12,510 nt of DNA from Pseudobdellovibrionaceae bacterium (GCA_039810425.1 JBDHWW010000072.1:1-12510), one strand, 5' to 3'; shown: positions 1 to 7,960, counted from the stretch's first letter. Numbers and translations: made by a program. The notes: generated by a model from the sequence alone, not told the origin.

Positions 1-15
1 GAACAAGGCTAAATT

Positions 16-29
16 TCTCAAATTGACAC
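16..29. repeat. TCTCAAATTGAcAC quasi-palindromic motif, copy 1
   Basis: Matches 772-785 at 13 of 14 positions, including 11 exact bases (TCTCAAATTGA). Dyad form TCA-AAT-TGA. Confidence 0.5.
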
Positions 30-677
30 AAGACTTAGGTGTTGAAACGGCCCGCGCTCCGCGCGGGTGGAATTTTGATCGGGAATGGCGCGGTAATTAA
101 ATCCGCCGGACGTTGGTAGATTCGCACCAGCGTAGGTCGTATTCTCTTCCTTCAAACTAATCTGGTTGGATGTTGTCTGGATGTCCAGGTGGCTGGGGAC
201 CGGAATACTTCCGGGGTCTCGTAAGGCGTTCGATGCGGTATTTTCAGCAAAGGTCACGGTGAAGGTCCCGGTCACCCCAAAAATATTAATGTCTTTTCGG
301 ATATTCCCTGCGATCAGGTTTGTGTCGCTCATAGTGCAGGCGCGGCCGGTATAAAATCCTGTCGGAATACTGGCTGTTAAGCTGCCGTTGGCTCCGGTTA
401 CGTCCCCACCGTTTGTAGCCGTAACAAACCGGTTTGTCGCCGTTGAACACTGTCCTGGATTGAGAATGTCATCCGTGCATGCGGCATAGGGAGCGGTCGA
501 TGAAGAGGCGGTCGTACCGCCGGATTCTATAGAGGCACTAAAGAATCCACAGCCCGCTATCCCCAGAGCAAGGAGACTGAGAGCAAAGTTCAAAAGACGA
601 GCGGTATTTTCACGCACCAATGCGAGGCGAGATCGATGAACTCCCGGTAGATATGGAATTGCTTTTGTTCCGATCAT
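18..677 (-). CDS. Putative exported lipoprotein with a fibre/adhesin-like segment, probably C-terminally truncated
   Basis: Hydrophobic stretch ending in a lipobox (LLALGIAG-C). Thr/Gly/Ser/Asn-rich body. Contains the motif SDTNLIAGNIRKDINIFGVTGT (264-332), recalled from fibre-like surface proteins. A sigma28-type promoter lies directly upstream. The start may instead be the internal GTG (VRENT...). The last ~19 codons run through hairpin/intergenic-looking DNA. Confidence 0.6.
   Translation of the reverse strand: MIGTKAIPYLPGVHRSRLALVRENTARLLNFALSLLALGIAGCGFFSASIESGGTTASSSTAPYAACTDDILNPGQCSTATNRFVTATNGGDVTGANGSLTASIPTGFYTGRACTMSDTNLIAGNIRKDINIFGVTGTFTVTFAENTASNALRDPGSIPVPSHLDIQTTSNQISLKEENTTYAGANLPTSGGFNYRAIPDQNSTRAERGPFQHLSLVSI
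51..67. repeat. GC-rich hairpin CCCGCGC-tcc-GCGCGGG
   Basis: Perfect 7-bp inverted repeat with a 3-nt loop. Function unclear (terminator-like or REP-like). Confidence 0.5.
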
Positions 678-684
678 GTATAGC

Positions 685-711
685 TTGTCGGCTGTTTTCG
701 AATGGATTTTA
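685..711 (-). promoter_or_regulatory. Sigma28 (FliA)-type promoter
   Basis: Minus strand reads TAAA(711-708)-N15-GCCGACAA(692-685), against the consensus TAAA-N15-GCCGATAA. Confidence 0.7.
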
Positions 712-770
712 AATAAACAGTTCCATCCCAGCGTTTTTTTTCAAATGAAACTACGCAGTTTGGGGACGGT

Positions 771-785
771 GTCTCAAATTGAAAC
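771..785. promoter_or_regulatory. GTCTCA-AAT-TGAAAC dyad, putative transcription factor site (copy 2)
   Basis: Near-perfect palindrome about 60 nt upstream of the sigma28 -35 box. A related TTTCA-AA-TGAAA dyad is at 739-750. Confidence 0.45.
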
Positions 786-790
786 GTTAC

Positions 791-831
791 AGAAAAAGAA
801 AAAGCCCTCAAGGATTTCCGTTGAGGGCTTT
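791..831 (-). terminator. Rho-independent terminator of the 854-1957 gene
   Basis: Stem AAAGCCCTCAA(801-811)/TTGAGGGCTTT(821-831), followed on the minus strand by a U-rich run. It lies 22 nt after the stop codon. Confidence 0.85.
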
Positions 832-853
832 GAAGTGGCTGTAGTCTATGGGC

Positions 854-1957
854 CTATTTCTTAGTCGCTGGTTCTACGCCCACGTTTTTCAAGTGCTGTG
901 GGTGCTCGTAGTACATCATGAAGTCTTCTGGATCTTGGGGGTTCGTGAACGCCAGTTCTGTCACCAAGTGGCTGCCGGCTTCCGGAGCGGAACCATCGAA
1001 AACATCCAAGAACAAGCCAACACGGCTTCCCATTTCTTTATCGCTCGCAGTGATTTTACGGGTGGTTGGGACCAGCACGTACATTTTAGGAGCGGGCTCG
1101 AGCACGACATAATCACCTTCGATGCTGCCAGATTTTGGATTTGTGAAGTACTTCGCCGCTGTTTTATTGGATTTTACGAAGCGCATTTTTTTCTGACCGT
1201 TCTGAGAGTAGAGCTCTAGCACGCCGTCTTTGAAGCGGCCGTACTCAGACAGGTAAGAGCCCTCAAGGTCATTCCAGTTTCCACGCCAAGTAGATGCCAA
1301 GTGGCCCTTCTTGTAAGTGATTGTCGCAAGTTCCAATTGGGTGATATTTAAAGCTTCCGTGATACTTGAAATCAAACCTGAAGACTTCGCAGGTTCCGCT
1401 GAAGGAAACACGATTTGGCCGTCGGCATTGCCGGTAATCACGGCGCCAGCCAAGGGATTCGGGCTGGTGTTTTTAGGATTAAGATTCAACACCATTGAAA
1501 TCGCCGCAACGGGTACGATCTGGCTGTTTTGCACGTCGATATTGTGCAATTCGTAAGTGCCGCCTTTTTGGCCCGGAACAACTTTGTATGCAGAGATACG
1601 AGTCGCGATTTTATCCAAGTAGCCGACCACGTGGTTTAAGATTGGAGCTTTTTGGCTCGCAAGATACGGAAGGCCCATGTTGAGCAGTTGATCGTACTCG
1701 ACAAGCACGCCGTAATAGCTGTCGGATTCTCCAGGGACGCGATCCAAGTAGATCCGCATGGCCGGACGGCGAAGGCCGTGGGTGCGGCTTTGATAAAGGC
1801 CTTCACCCAAGTAAGTACCAGACAGGTCGCTGGTCGCTGACGGAGAGCGCGCACTTGAGGTGGTTTCGGTATTTTCGGCAGTGGTCGTAACCGAGTTGGG
1901 GTTCGTCGCGCACGATGCGAGGAAAAGGGCGAAAGCGAATAACGAAATTAATTTCAA
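854..1957 (-). CDS. Lipoprotein of unknown function (367 aa)
   Basis: Start reassigned to TTG at 1957, which has AAGGAG 7 nt upstream. Signal peptide MKLISLFAFALFLAS-C ends in a lipobox. Thr/Ser linker with RSPSA, beta-rich body, and its own terminator. Confidence 0.85.
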   Translation of the reverse strand: MKLISLFAFALFLASCATNPNSVTTTAENTETTSSARSPSATSDLSGTYLGEGLYQSRTHGLRRPAMRIYLDRVPGESDSYYGVLVEYDQLLNMGLPYLASQKAPILNHVVGYLDKIATRISAYKVVPGQKGGTYELHNIDVQNSQIVPVAAISMVLNLNPKNTSPNPLAGAVITGNADGQIVFPSAEPAKSSGLISSITEALNITQLELATITYKKGHLASTWRGNWNDLEGSYLSEYGRFKDGVLELYSQNGQKKMRFVKSNKTAAKYFTNPKSGSIEGDYVVLEPAPKMYVLVPTTRKITASDKEMGSRVGLFLDVFDGSAPEAGSHLVTELAFTNPQDPEDFMMYYEHPQHLKNVGVEPATKK

Positions 1958-2028
1958 GCGGGACTCCTTTGAGTTGTTTTCGATGTCCCCAGTGTAAATA
2001 AAATCTGTGGAAGAGAAGAGTCCTGGAC

Positions 2029-2067
2029 ACGTACTTTTGGACCAAAGACCTTGGTCCAAAAGTATGT
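2029..2067. promoter_or_regulatory. Long inverted repeat (operator-like or RNA hairpin)
   Basis: TACTTTTGGACCAA(2032-2045)-agacc-TTGGTCCAAAAGTA(2051-2064) has perfect 14-bp arms. It extends to 2029/2067 with one G-T pair. Confidence 0.6.
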
Positions 2068-2110
2068 AGGAACATCCCGAATTTTCAAAGGAATTTTCGT
2101 GACCAATTTG

Positions 2111-2140
2111 GCCCCGGCTTTGGTCGGGGTCTTGGTTTTT
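2111..2140 (+). terminator. Terminator-like hairpin just past the purA stop, better formed on the plus strand
   Basis: GCCCCGGC-tttg-GTCGGGGT (two G-U pairs on plus, A-C mismatches on minus), followed by CTTGGTTTTT. Confidence 0.35.
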
Positions 2141-2144
2141 ACAT

Positions 2145-3443
2145 CTATTTGGTGAAAAGCGGCTTCACCCACAGCGTTTGGTCGCGGCCGGGACCGATGG
2201 AGATCACATCCACAGGCGTTCCTAATTGCGTGTTGATGTAGTCTATGAAGTTCATCGTCGCCCGCGGGAGATCTTTCAAAGTTGTGAGCTTTGAAATATC
2301 TTCCTTCCAGCCCGGAAGGTACTCGATCACCGGTTCGACTTTTTCGAGTTCATAAGAATTCGGTGGAAGTTCGCTGAGGGCTTCACCGTTGATTTTGTAG
2401 CCTGTGCAGATGCCCACGCGCTCGTGGCCTGAAAGCACATCCAACTTCATCAGTGCCAAGTTGGTCACGCCATTCACCCGGATGGCGTATTTCAAAGCGA
2501 CTAAATCCAACCAGCCACAACGACGTGAACGGCCGGTTGTCGAGCCGAACTCATTGCCGTCCATTTGGATTTTTTTGCCGATTTCGTCTTTCAACTCTGT
2601 CGGAAACGGGCCGGAACCGACACGAGTCGTGTAAGCCTTAAAGACCCCGATAACTTTTTGAATATGCGTTGGCCCAATCCCGGCACCCACGCAGGCCGAG
2701 CCCGCCAGAGTCGAAGAACTCGTTACATAAGGATACGTCCCATGCATCAGGTCCAGCATCGTCCCTTGAGCGCCTTCAAACAAAACGCGTTTGCTGCCTT
2801 TGAGGGCTTTTGCGATCACGGAGGAAGTATCACGGCAGCGGTAAGGCTCAAGATCCAGCGCCACTTGTTCCAGCTGCGCCATCAAGTCATCGAGCTTTAC
2901 CGGAGTGCCTTTGTAGTAGTTTTCAATCAGGAAGTTCTTCTCGCGAAGACCAAGCTCCAATTTCTTTTTCAATGAAGCTCGGTCATAAAGATCGCCGACC
3001 AAGATCGCCCGGCGAGAAGCTCGGTCTTCGTAGGCAGGTCCGATTCCGCGGCCGGTGGTTCCAATCTTCTCGTCCTCCAGAGCGTCCTCACGAGCCGCAT
3101 CGATGGCTTTGTGATAGGGAAGAATGATTGTCGCGGAATCAGAAATAAGTAACTGCTTTGGATTTTGTAGGTGACCGTTGGCTTTTAATTTTTTGATTTC
3201 ATCGAGGATCCCGAAAACATCGACAACCACGCCGGAAGTAACGATGCAGGTTGTTTCAGGATGAAGAATGCCGGAAGGGACTAGGTGTAAGACCGTCTTT
3301 ACGCCGTTAACAACCAGTGTGTGGCCGGCATTGGCGCCGCCTTGGTAACGAACTACAAAATCCGCATTAGCTGCAAAGACGTCGACGAGCTTTCCTTTGC
3401 CTTCGTCGCCCCATTGAGCACCGACTACGACTGTTCCAGACAC
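2145..3443 (-). CDS. purA: Adenylosuccinate synthetase
   Basis: Contains GAQWGDEGKGK, RYQGGANAGHT, IGTTGRGIGPAY, EGAQG, YPYVTSS, TTRVGSGPFPTE and TTGRSRRCGW. 432 aa, GTG start with a GAGG SD. Confidence 0.99.
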   Translation of the reverse strand: MSGTVVVGAQWGDEGKGKLVDVFAANADFVVRYQGGANAGHTLVVNGVKTVLHLVPSGILHPETTCIVTSGVVVDVFGILDEIKKLKANGHLQNPKQLLISDSATIILPYHKAIDAAREDALEDEKIGTTGRGIGPAYEDRASRRAILVGDLYDRASLKKKLELGLREKNFLIENYYKGTPVKLDDLMAQLEQVALDLEPYRCRDTSSVIAKALKGSKRVLFEGAQGTMLDLMHGTYPYVTSSSTLAGSACVGAGIGPTHIQKVIGVFKAYTTRVGSGPFPTELKDEIGKKIQMDGNEFGSTTGRSRRCGWLDLVALKYAIRVNGVTNLALMKLDVLSGHERVGICTGYKINGEALSELPPNSYELEKVEPVIEYLPGWKEDISKLTTLKDLPRATMNFIDYINTQLGTPVDVISIGPGRDQTLWVKPLFTK

Positions 3444-3511
3444 TTGATACCTCTTAACTGTTATGGGATTCGAAAAAAGGTTCGCTTATCGATGCAGTCT
3501 TGGCAAGGAAT

Positions 3512-4501
3512 CTAAGTGTCAGATTTGAAAGGTGTTGCACCATACCAGGGAACTTGCGGGGGTAAGGTGTCTGAGGTAGAGCCGTCGAGGAAAAAACCGA
3601 CTAGTTTTTGAGCAGCAATATTCGACGCTTTATAAAAGGCGTCCTCGGTGGTGGCTCCAATGTGAGGCGTTAAAACAACATTAGGATAAGTTAACAACTT
3701 GGAGTTCCTAGGCAAAGGCTCCTTTTCAAACACATCAAGGCCGACAGCCCGGATCCAACCATTTTCAAGGGCCTCACACAAATCCAGCTCACGAATCACG
3801 GAACCGCGTGAGGTGTTGACCAAAGTAATCCCGCGATGGATGTATTCAAAATGCGAGCGATTGAGCATGGAGTCTGTTTCAAGAGTTTTCGGCACATGGA
3901 AACTTAAAATATCCGCCGTTTTTAAAATTTCTTCATAACTAAGGCGTGCGACTTTGTGTTTTTCAAAGTGCTCATCTTCTTGGTATGGATCAAAGGAAAT
4001 CACATTCATGCCAAACGCCTGCGCCAGTTGGGCGACGCGGGTGCCGATGCGGCCAAGACCGATGATGCCGTAAGTACGGCCGCTCAGCTCAATGCCCACG
4101 AGTTGATCGCGGTTCCAGTCGCCGGCCTTCATCATTTTGTGTGCCTGGATCAAGTTATTAGTGCAAGAAATCACTAAACCTAAAGTGAGCTGGGCCGCGC
4201 TTTCAATATTGGCGGAAGGCGTGTGCATCACGGTGACACCCCACTTTTTAGTCGCTGCAAGATCAATATGATCAAAGCCGCTGGTTGCAGTGACAATCAC
4301 CTGCAGGTTGCGCGCTTTTTTAAGCAAGTCCTCGTTGACGGGAGTGCGGCTACGAATGATGAGCGCGTGAGCATCGATAATATGCTCTAGAGGCAAGTGT
4401 TGAGGCGAATCCGCGCGCACCACCTCGAATTGCGGCTGCTGCTGCAAATAGAGGTAAACATCTTGAGCAAACCGGTCGGTGATGAGGATTTTTTTCTTCA
4501 T
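3512..4501 (-). CDS. serA: D-3-phosphoglycerate dehydrogenase-like D-2-hydroxyacid dehydrogenase without an ACT domain
   Basis: Contains IIRSRT, Rossmann motif GLGRIG, NTSRG, LDVFEKEP and catalytic TPHIGA. 329 aa. ATGA overlap with the upstream aminotransferase. The family is certain; the substrate is inferred. Confidence 0.8.
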   Translation of the reverse strand: MKKKILITDRFAQDVYLYLQQQPQFEVVRADSPQHLPLEHIIDAHALIIRSRTPVNEDLLKKARNLQVIVTATSGFDHIDLAATKKWGVTVMHTPSANIESAAQLTLGLVISCTNNLIQAHKMMKAGDWNRDQLVGIELSGRTYGIIGLGRIGTRVAQLAQAFGMNVISFDPYQEDEHFEKHKVARLSYEEILKTADILSFHVPKTLETDSMLNRSHFEYIHRGITLVNTSRGSVIRELDLCEALENGWIRAVGLDVFEKEPLPRNSKLLTYPNVVLTPHIGATTEDAFYKASNIAAQKLVGFFLDGSTSDTLPPQVPWYGATPFKSDT

Positions 4502-5679
4502 GAATGAGACTCCAGCCAGCGTTTGAGTTCAGCGACCGTCGTCTGAATTTTCTCGCTGGAAATGGATGTCGCATCAAAGTGCTGAAGCGTCAAGCCCAGA
4601 CACTCTATCAGGCGAACCATCTCGTGATCCTGAATGTGCCCCATGTGGCCGACGCGGATGATTTTGCCCTTGGCTTGATCCTGTCCACCCATGATGGTGA
4701 TGTTGTATTTTTCTTCGAGGTGACTGCGGATTTTTTGTCCGTCCATGCCCGCCGGCACGGTGAGTGCGGTCACGGAATCACTCGGCGATTTCGCGTACAA
4801 ACCCAAACCCAATTTCTGGGCAAAAATGCGGGTGGCTTCAGCGCGGCGGTGATTGGCGGCAAAAAGTTTTTCCACGCCTTGGTCGCCAATGATTTCCAAG
4901 ACGGTATCGAGTGCGCGAACCAGTGTCACAGAGGAACTAAAGAACGTCTCACCGTTGGCATTGGCTTTTTTCTCGCGGCGAACGTCGAAGTAGTACCGTG
5001 GACTGCTGGCTTTTTCAAAAAACGCTTCGGCCTTCTTTGAAAAGGCGACGAAGCTGAGGCCCGTGGGCAGCATCAGGGCTTTTTGCGAGCCCGCGACGAT
5101 GCCATCGATTTTCCATTCATCCATGGGCAGCGGAAAAGCTCCGAGCGCTGTAATCGCATCGACCAACAACAGAGTCTTTGGCAGGTTCGCGGTGAGCGCG
5201 GCTAGCTCGCGGACCGGGTGAACGACGGCGGTACTTGTTTCACAAGCCTGGCACAGAACGGCGCGAGTTTCGGGATGTTTTTCAAGCAGGGCTTTTACTT
5301 CCGAAACCTTCACGGCTTCGCCCCAGGTCACATTGTGAGTGATGACTTTCATGCCGAAAACTTCCGCCATTTGCGCCCAGCGCTCGCCAAATTTCCCAGA
5401 AACGATGGCGATGACCGTGTCACCGGGACTGAGAACATTCACGAGTAAAGACTCCATTCCGCCGCTGCCAGTAGAGGAGTGCAGGTAAACATTTTGCGTG
5501 GTTTGGAAGATTTGTTTCAGCCCCGTTAAAACCCGCGCCAAAATTTTATCGAACTCCGGCGTACGGTGATGAATCATGGGTAGCGCCAAGGTTTTTCGCA
5601 CCTCGGGATGCAAACTCACCGGGCCGGGAGCAAGGAGACTGTAATCGTTGTTTTGTTGTGCTTGGTCATTAGGCTGCAT
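4498..5679 (-). CDS. Class V PLP aminotransferase (alanine-glyoxylate/serine-pyruvate family; possible phosphoserine aminotransferase)
   Basis: Contains PGPV, HHRTPEF, SSTGSGGME, GKFGERW, ETST, VDAIT, GSQK (PLP lysine) and IRVGHMG. Confidence 0.93.
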   Translation of the reverse strand: MQPNDQAQQNNDYSLLAPGPVSLHPEVRKTLALPMIHHRTPEFDKILARVLTGLKQIFQTTQNVYLHSSTGSGGMESLLVNVLSPGDTVIAIVSGKFGERWAQMAEVFGMKVITHNVTWGEAVKVSEVKALLEKHPETRAVLCQACETSTAVVHPVRELAALTANLPKTLLLVDAITALGAFPLPMDEWKIDGIVAGSQKALMLPTGLSFVAFSKKAEAFFEKASSPRYYFDVRREKKANANGETFFSSSVTLVRALDTVLEIIGDQGVEKLFAANHRRAEATRIFAQKLGLGLYAKSPSDSVTALTVPAGMDGQKIRSHLEEKYNITIMGGQDQAKGKIIRVGHMGHIQDHEMVRLIECLGLTLQHFDATSISSEKIQTTVAELKRWLESHS

Positions 5680-5720
5680 TTTCGCTCTTTTCGGTCATTT
5701 CTTCCTTGAAAGTTCCATCT

Positions 5721-5729
5721 TGCTATACT
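5721..5729 (+). promoter_or_regulatory. Extended -10 sigma70 promoter for lptE-holA
   Basis: TGcTATACT lies 11 nt before the lptE GTG, in a 61-nt divergent intergenic gap. Confidence 0.5.
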
Positions 5730-5740
5730 CAACTAATCCC

Positions 5741-6322
5741 GTGAAGACTTCAAGATTTTTGGCTCTGAGTTTGGTGTTTGTTGCCTCGACGATAAGCAGT
5801 TGTGCTTATCGTGTCGGCATGTCAAGCCGCAGCCTTCCGGGTGGCTACAAGTATCTCTCAATTCCGGTGTTTAAAAACTCCACCCAGGAGACGGGCATTG
5901 AAGTTGGTTTCACCAACGCTTTGATTCAGGAGTTCGAACGGTCCCAAGTAGGAAAAGTGACCTCTGAGAACTTATCCGACGTGAAAATTGTGGGGGTCGT
6001 GGATTCGGTTCAGTACTTGCCGGGTTCGAAGCTTACTTCAGGCTCTGAAGCAGCTCCTTATCTTTCTCAAGGCGCTGTTCTGGCGTCGGACTATCGTATT
6101 CTTGTGACGGTCACGGTGAGCATCATTCGACAAGCAGATAATACTTCAATTTGGAGCGGATCGTTCTCGGGAGAGCGCACGTACAATGCTCCTCAGGTCA
6201 CGCTAGCGGGTGTCAATTCCGTGAATCCACTTTACAATCTTTCTGCGCGCAGGCAAAACATTGATTCCGTAGCGAACGACATGATGGCGGAAGCCCATGA
6301 TCGTATTACGGAAAATTTCTAA
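5741..6322 (+). CDS. lptE: LPS assembly lipoprotein LptE family (193 aa)
   Basis: Start reassigned to GTG 5741. Signal peptide ends ISS-C-AY. Contains SIPVFKNSTQETGIE..TNALIQEF and a C-terminal helix. Sits in the conserved position upstream of holA. Confidence 0.85.
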   Translation: MKTSRFLALSLVFVASTISSCAYRVGMSSRSLPGGYKYLSIPVFKNSTQETGIEVGFTNALIQEFERSQVGKVTSENLSDVKIVGVVDSVQYLPGSKLTSGSEAAPYLSQGAVLASDYRILVTVTVSIIRQADNTSIWSGSFSGERTYNAPQVTLAGVNSVNPLYNLSARRQNIDSVANDMMAEAHDRITENF

Positions 6323-6373
6323 CGGATGATTGAGTTGTTTAACGGAATTAATAAAATTCACGGAGCAAATTGA

Positions 6374-7393
6374 GTGGCACTGATTGATGCTCAAAAGTTT
6401 TATCGCGACTTAGAAAAGGGCGATCTATCTCCGTTGTATTTCTTATTTGGTGAAGAGCCCTATCTTTTGAATCAAAGCGTCGGCCGTTTCAAATATGCTG
6501 TACTGACGGAAGGTGCAGTGGATTTTAATTATTCTCTTTTCTATGCTTCTGATGCCGATATCTCAACGGTGCGTGACGCGGTTGAAACTCTACCGATGAT
6601 GGCGCCAAAGCGTTTAGTTATTTTGAAGGAAGCGCAAGAGCTTTCCGACCGTGAATGGGCAGAGCTTGAAACCTTGATCACGGCTCCCGTGGATAGCACG
6701 GTCTTTGTGCTTCTCGCGTCTCGCGTGGATAAACGTAAAAAACAAATCCGTTTGATGCTGGAAACGGCTGATTGTGTTGAGTTCAAAAAGCCTTACGATA
6801 ACCAGATTCCGGGCTGGGTGAAATACATCGCCGGCACTTTGGGGTTGGATATCGCGGACGATGCCATTTTGCTTTTGGCAAAACTTGTCGGCAGTCATCT
6901 TTCTGAAATTGAAGCAGAGCTTAAGAAGCTCGCTGATTTCGTCGGTGACCGTAAACGCATTGAAGTCAGTGATGTGGCACAAGTCGTTTCGCGTTCCAAA
7001 GAAGAAAATGTTTTTGATTTTACACGCGCAATCGGCGAAAGCGACCGTGTGCGCGCGCTGGAGCATTTGGTTCATTTGCTCGATCAAGGCCAAAGTGAAA
7101 TCGGGATTGTGTCGTTACTGGCTCGTCACATCCGTTTGTTGCTGACAGTAAAACGCGGTCTTGAACAGGGCTTGAGCGGCACAAAGCTCGCCCATGCGGC
7201 GCAAGTGCCGCCGTATTTTCTAGATAACTATGTGATGCAAAGTCGCCTATGGACCGTGAAAAAGCTTGAACAAACTTTGGTGGTTCTGGCTGAAACTGAT
7301 AAAGCTTTGAAGTCCTCTCCGCTATCTTCGCACATCTGGCTTGAAAACCTTGTTCTTAAAACTTGCAGTCAATCCCAGCACGCGCACATTTAA
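6374..7393 (+). CDS. holA: DNA polymerase III delta subunit
   Basis: Contains PLYFLFGEEPYL, TLPMMAPKRLVILKE, ELKKL, ENVFD and D..LKS. 339 aa. Synteny with lptE and rpsT. Confidence 0.95.
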   Translation: MALIDAQKFYRDLEKGDLSPLYFLFGEEPYLLNQSVGRFKYAVLTEGAVDFNYSLFYASDADISTVRDAVETLPMMAPKRLVILKEAQELSDREWAELETLITAPVDSTVFVLLASRVDKRKKQIRLMLETADCVEFKKPYDNQIPGWVKYIAGTLGLDIADDAILLLAKLVGSHLSEIEAELKKLADFVGDRKRIEVSDVAQVVSRSKEENVFDFTRAIGESDRVRALEHLVHLLDQGQSEIGIVSLLARHIRLLLTVKRGLEQGLSGTKLAHAAQVPPYFLDNYVMQSRLWTVKKLEQTLVVLAETDKALKSSPLSSHIWLENLVLKTCSQSQHAHI

Positions 7394-7404
7394 GGCGGGT
7401 CGAT

Positions 7405-7927
7405 GTGAGTTTCGAAAATCTTTGTTGTCAATACATGAAGCAGGTCTGCACTGAAAACCCCGATCCTTCGCACGACATTTTGCACGTTGAACGTGTGGTG
7501 AGTGTCGCAAAGAAACTGGCGCGTGAAGAGGGAGCAAAGCTCGAAGTCGTTATTCCCGCGGCCTATTTGCATGACTGCGTGTACATTTCAAAAACCGATG
7601 CGCGCCGGTCGCAGGCTTCACGTATTTCTGCGGATCATGCGATGGAGTTGCTAAAAGGGTGGAATTACCCGGCGGAGTTTTTGCCGGCGGTCCATCACGC
7701 GATTGCCGCGCATAGTTTTTCGGCGAAGATTCCGCCGGAAACCATCGAAGCCAAAGTCGTGCAGGATGCGGATCGCTTGGATGCCATGGGGGCGGTGGGG
7801 CTATGTGAAGCTTTTGCGCTTACACGAAGCCCTGAATACCGCGTCCGCCATGGCCGAGGGGCAGAGGCGCCTTGAGGTCATGGAAAGCTTCTTGGAATCG
7901 CTTAAAATTGAACTTTCTCAGGCCTAG
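7405..7927 (+). pseudogene. YedJ-like HD-domain phosphohydrolase with an internal deletion and frameshift
   Basis: Frame 1 (7405-7800) has SHDILHVERV, AAYLHD, AIAAHSFS and QDADRLDAMGAVG. The family C-terminus (YVKLLRL..LNT...RRLEVMESFLESL) continues in another frame from 7802. The intervening segment is missing. Confidence 0.8.
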
Positions 7928-7960
7928 GGCTGGTTTTTCACCCGACGAACAGCGGGGTCA

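Noticed and set aside
39..80. GTGTTGAAAC and CGCGCTCCGCGCGGG..TGGA resemble parts of a type I-C CRISPR repeat
   Set aside because: Single, degenerate, parts in the wrong order, with no repeat-spacer periodicity and no cas genes in the window.
1958..2059. N-terminal extension of the 401-aa ORF call
   Set aside because: It runs through the palindrome. TTG 1957 has an SD and gives a proper lipoprotein signal.
5648..5740. Longer lptE start from the ORF track
   Set aside because: It overlaps the divergent aminotransferase start and the promoter. GTG 5741 gives a normal signal peptide.
7795..7805. Programmed ribosomal frameshift in the HD gene
   Set aside because: A conserved internal segment is missing, so a frameshift alone would not restore the protein.
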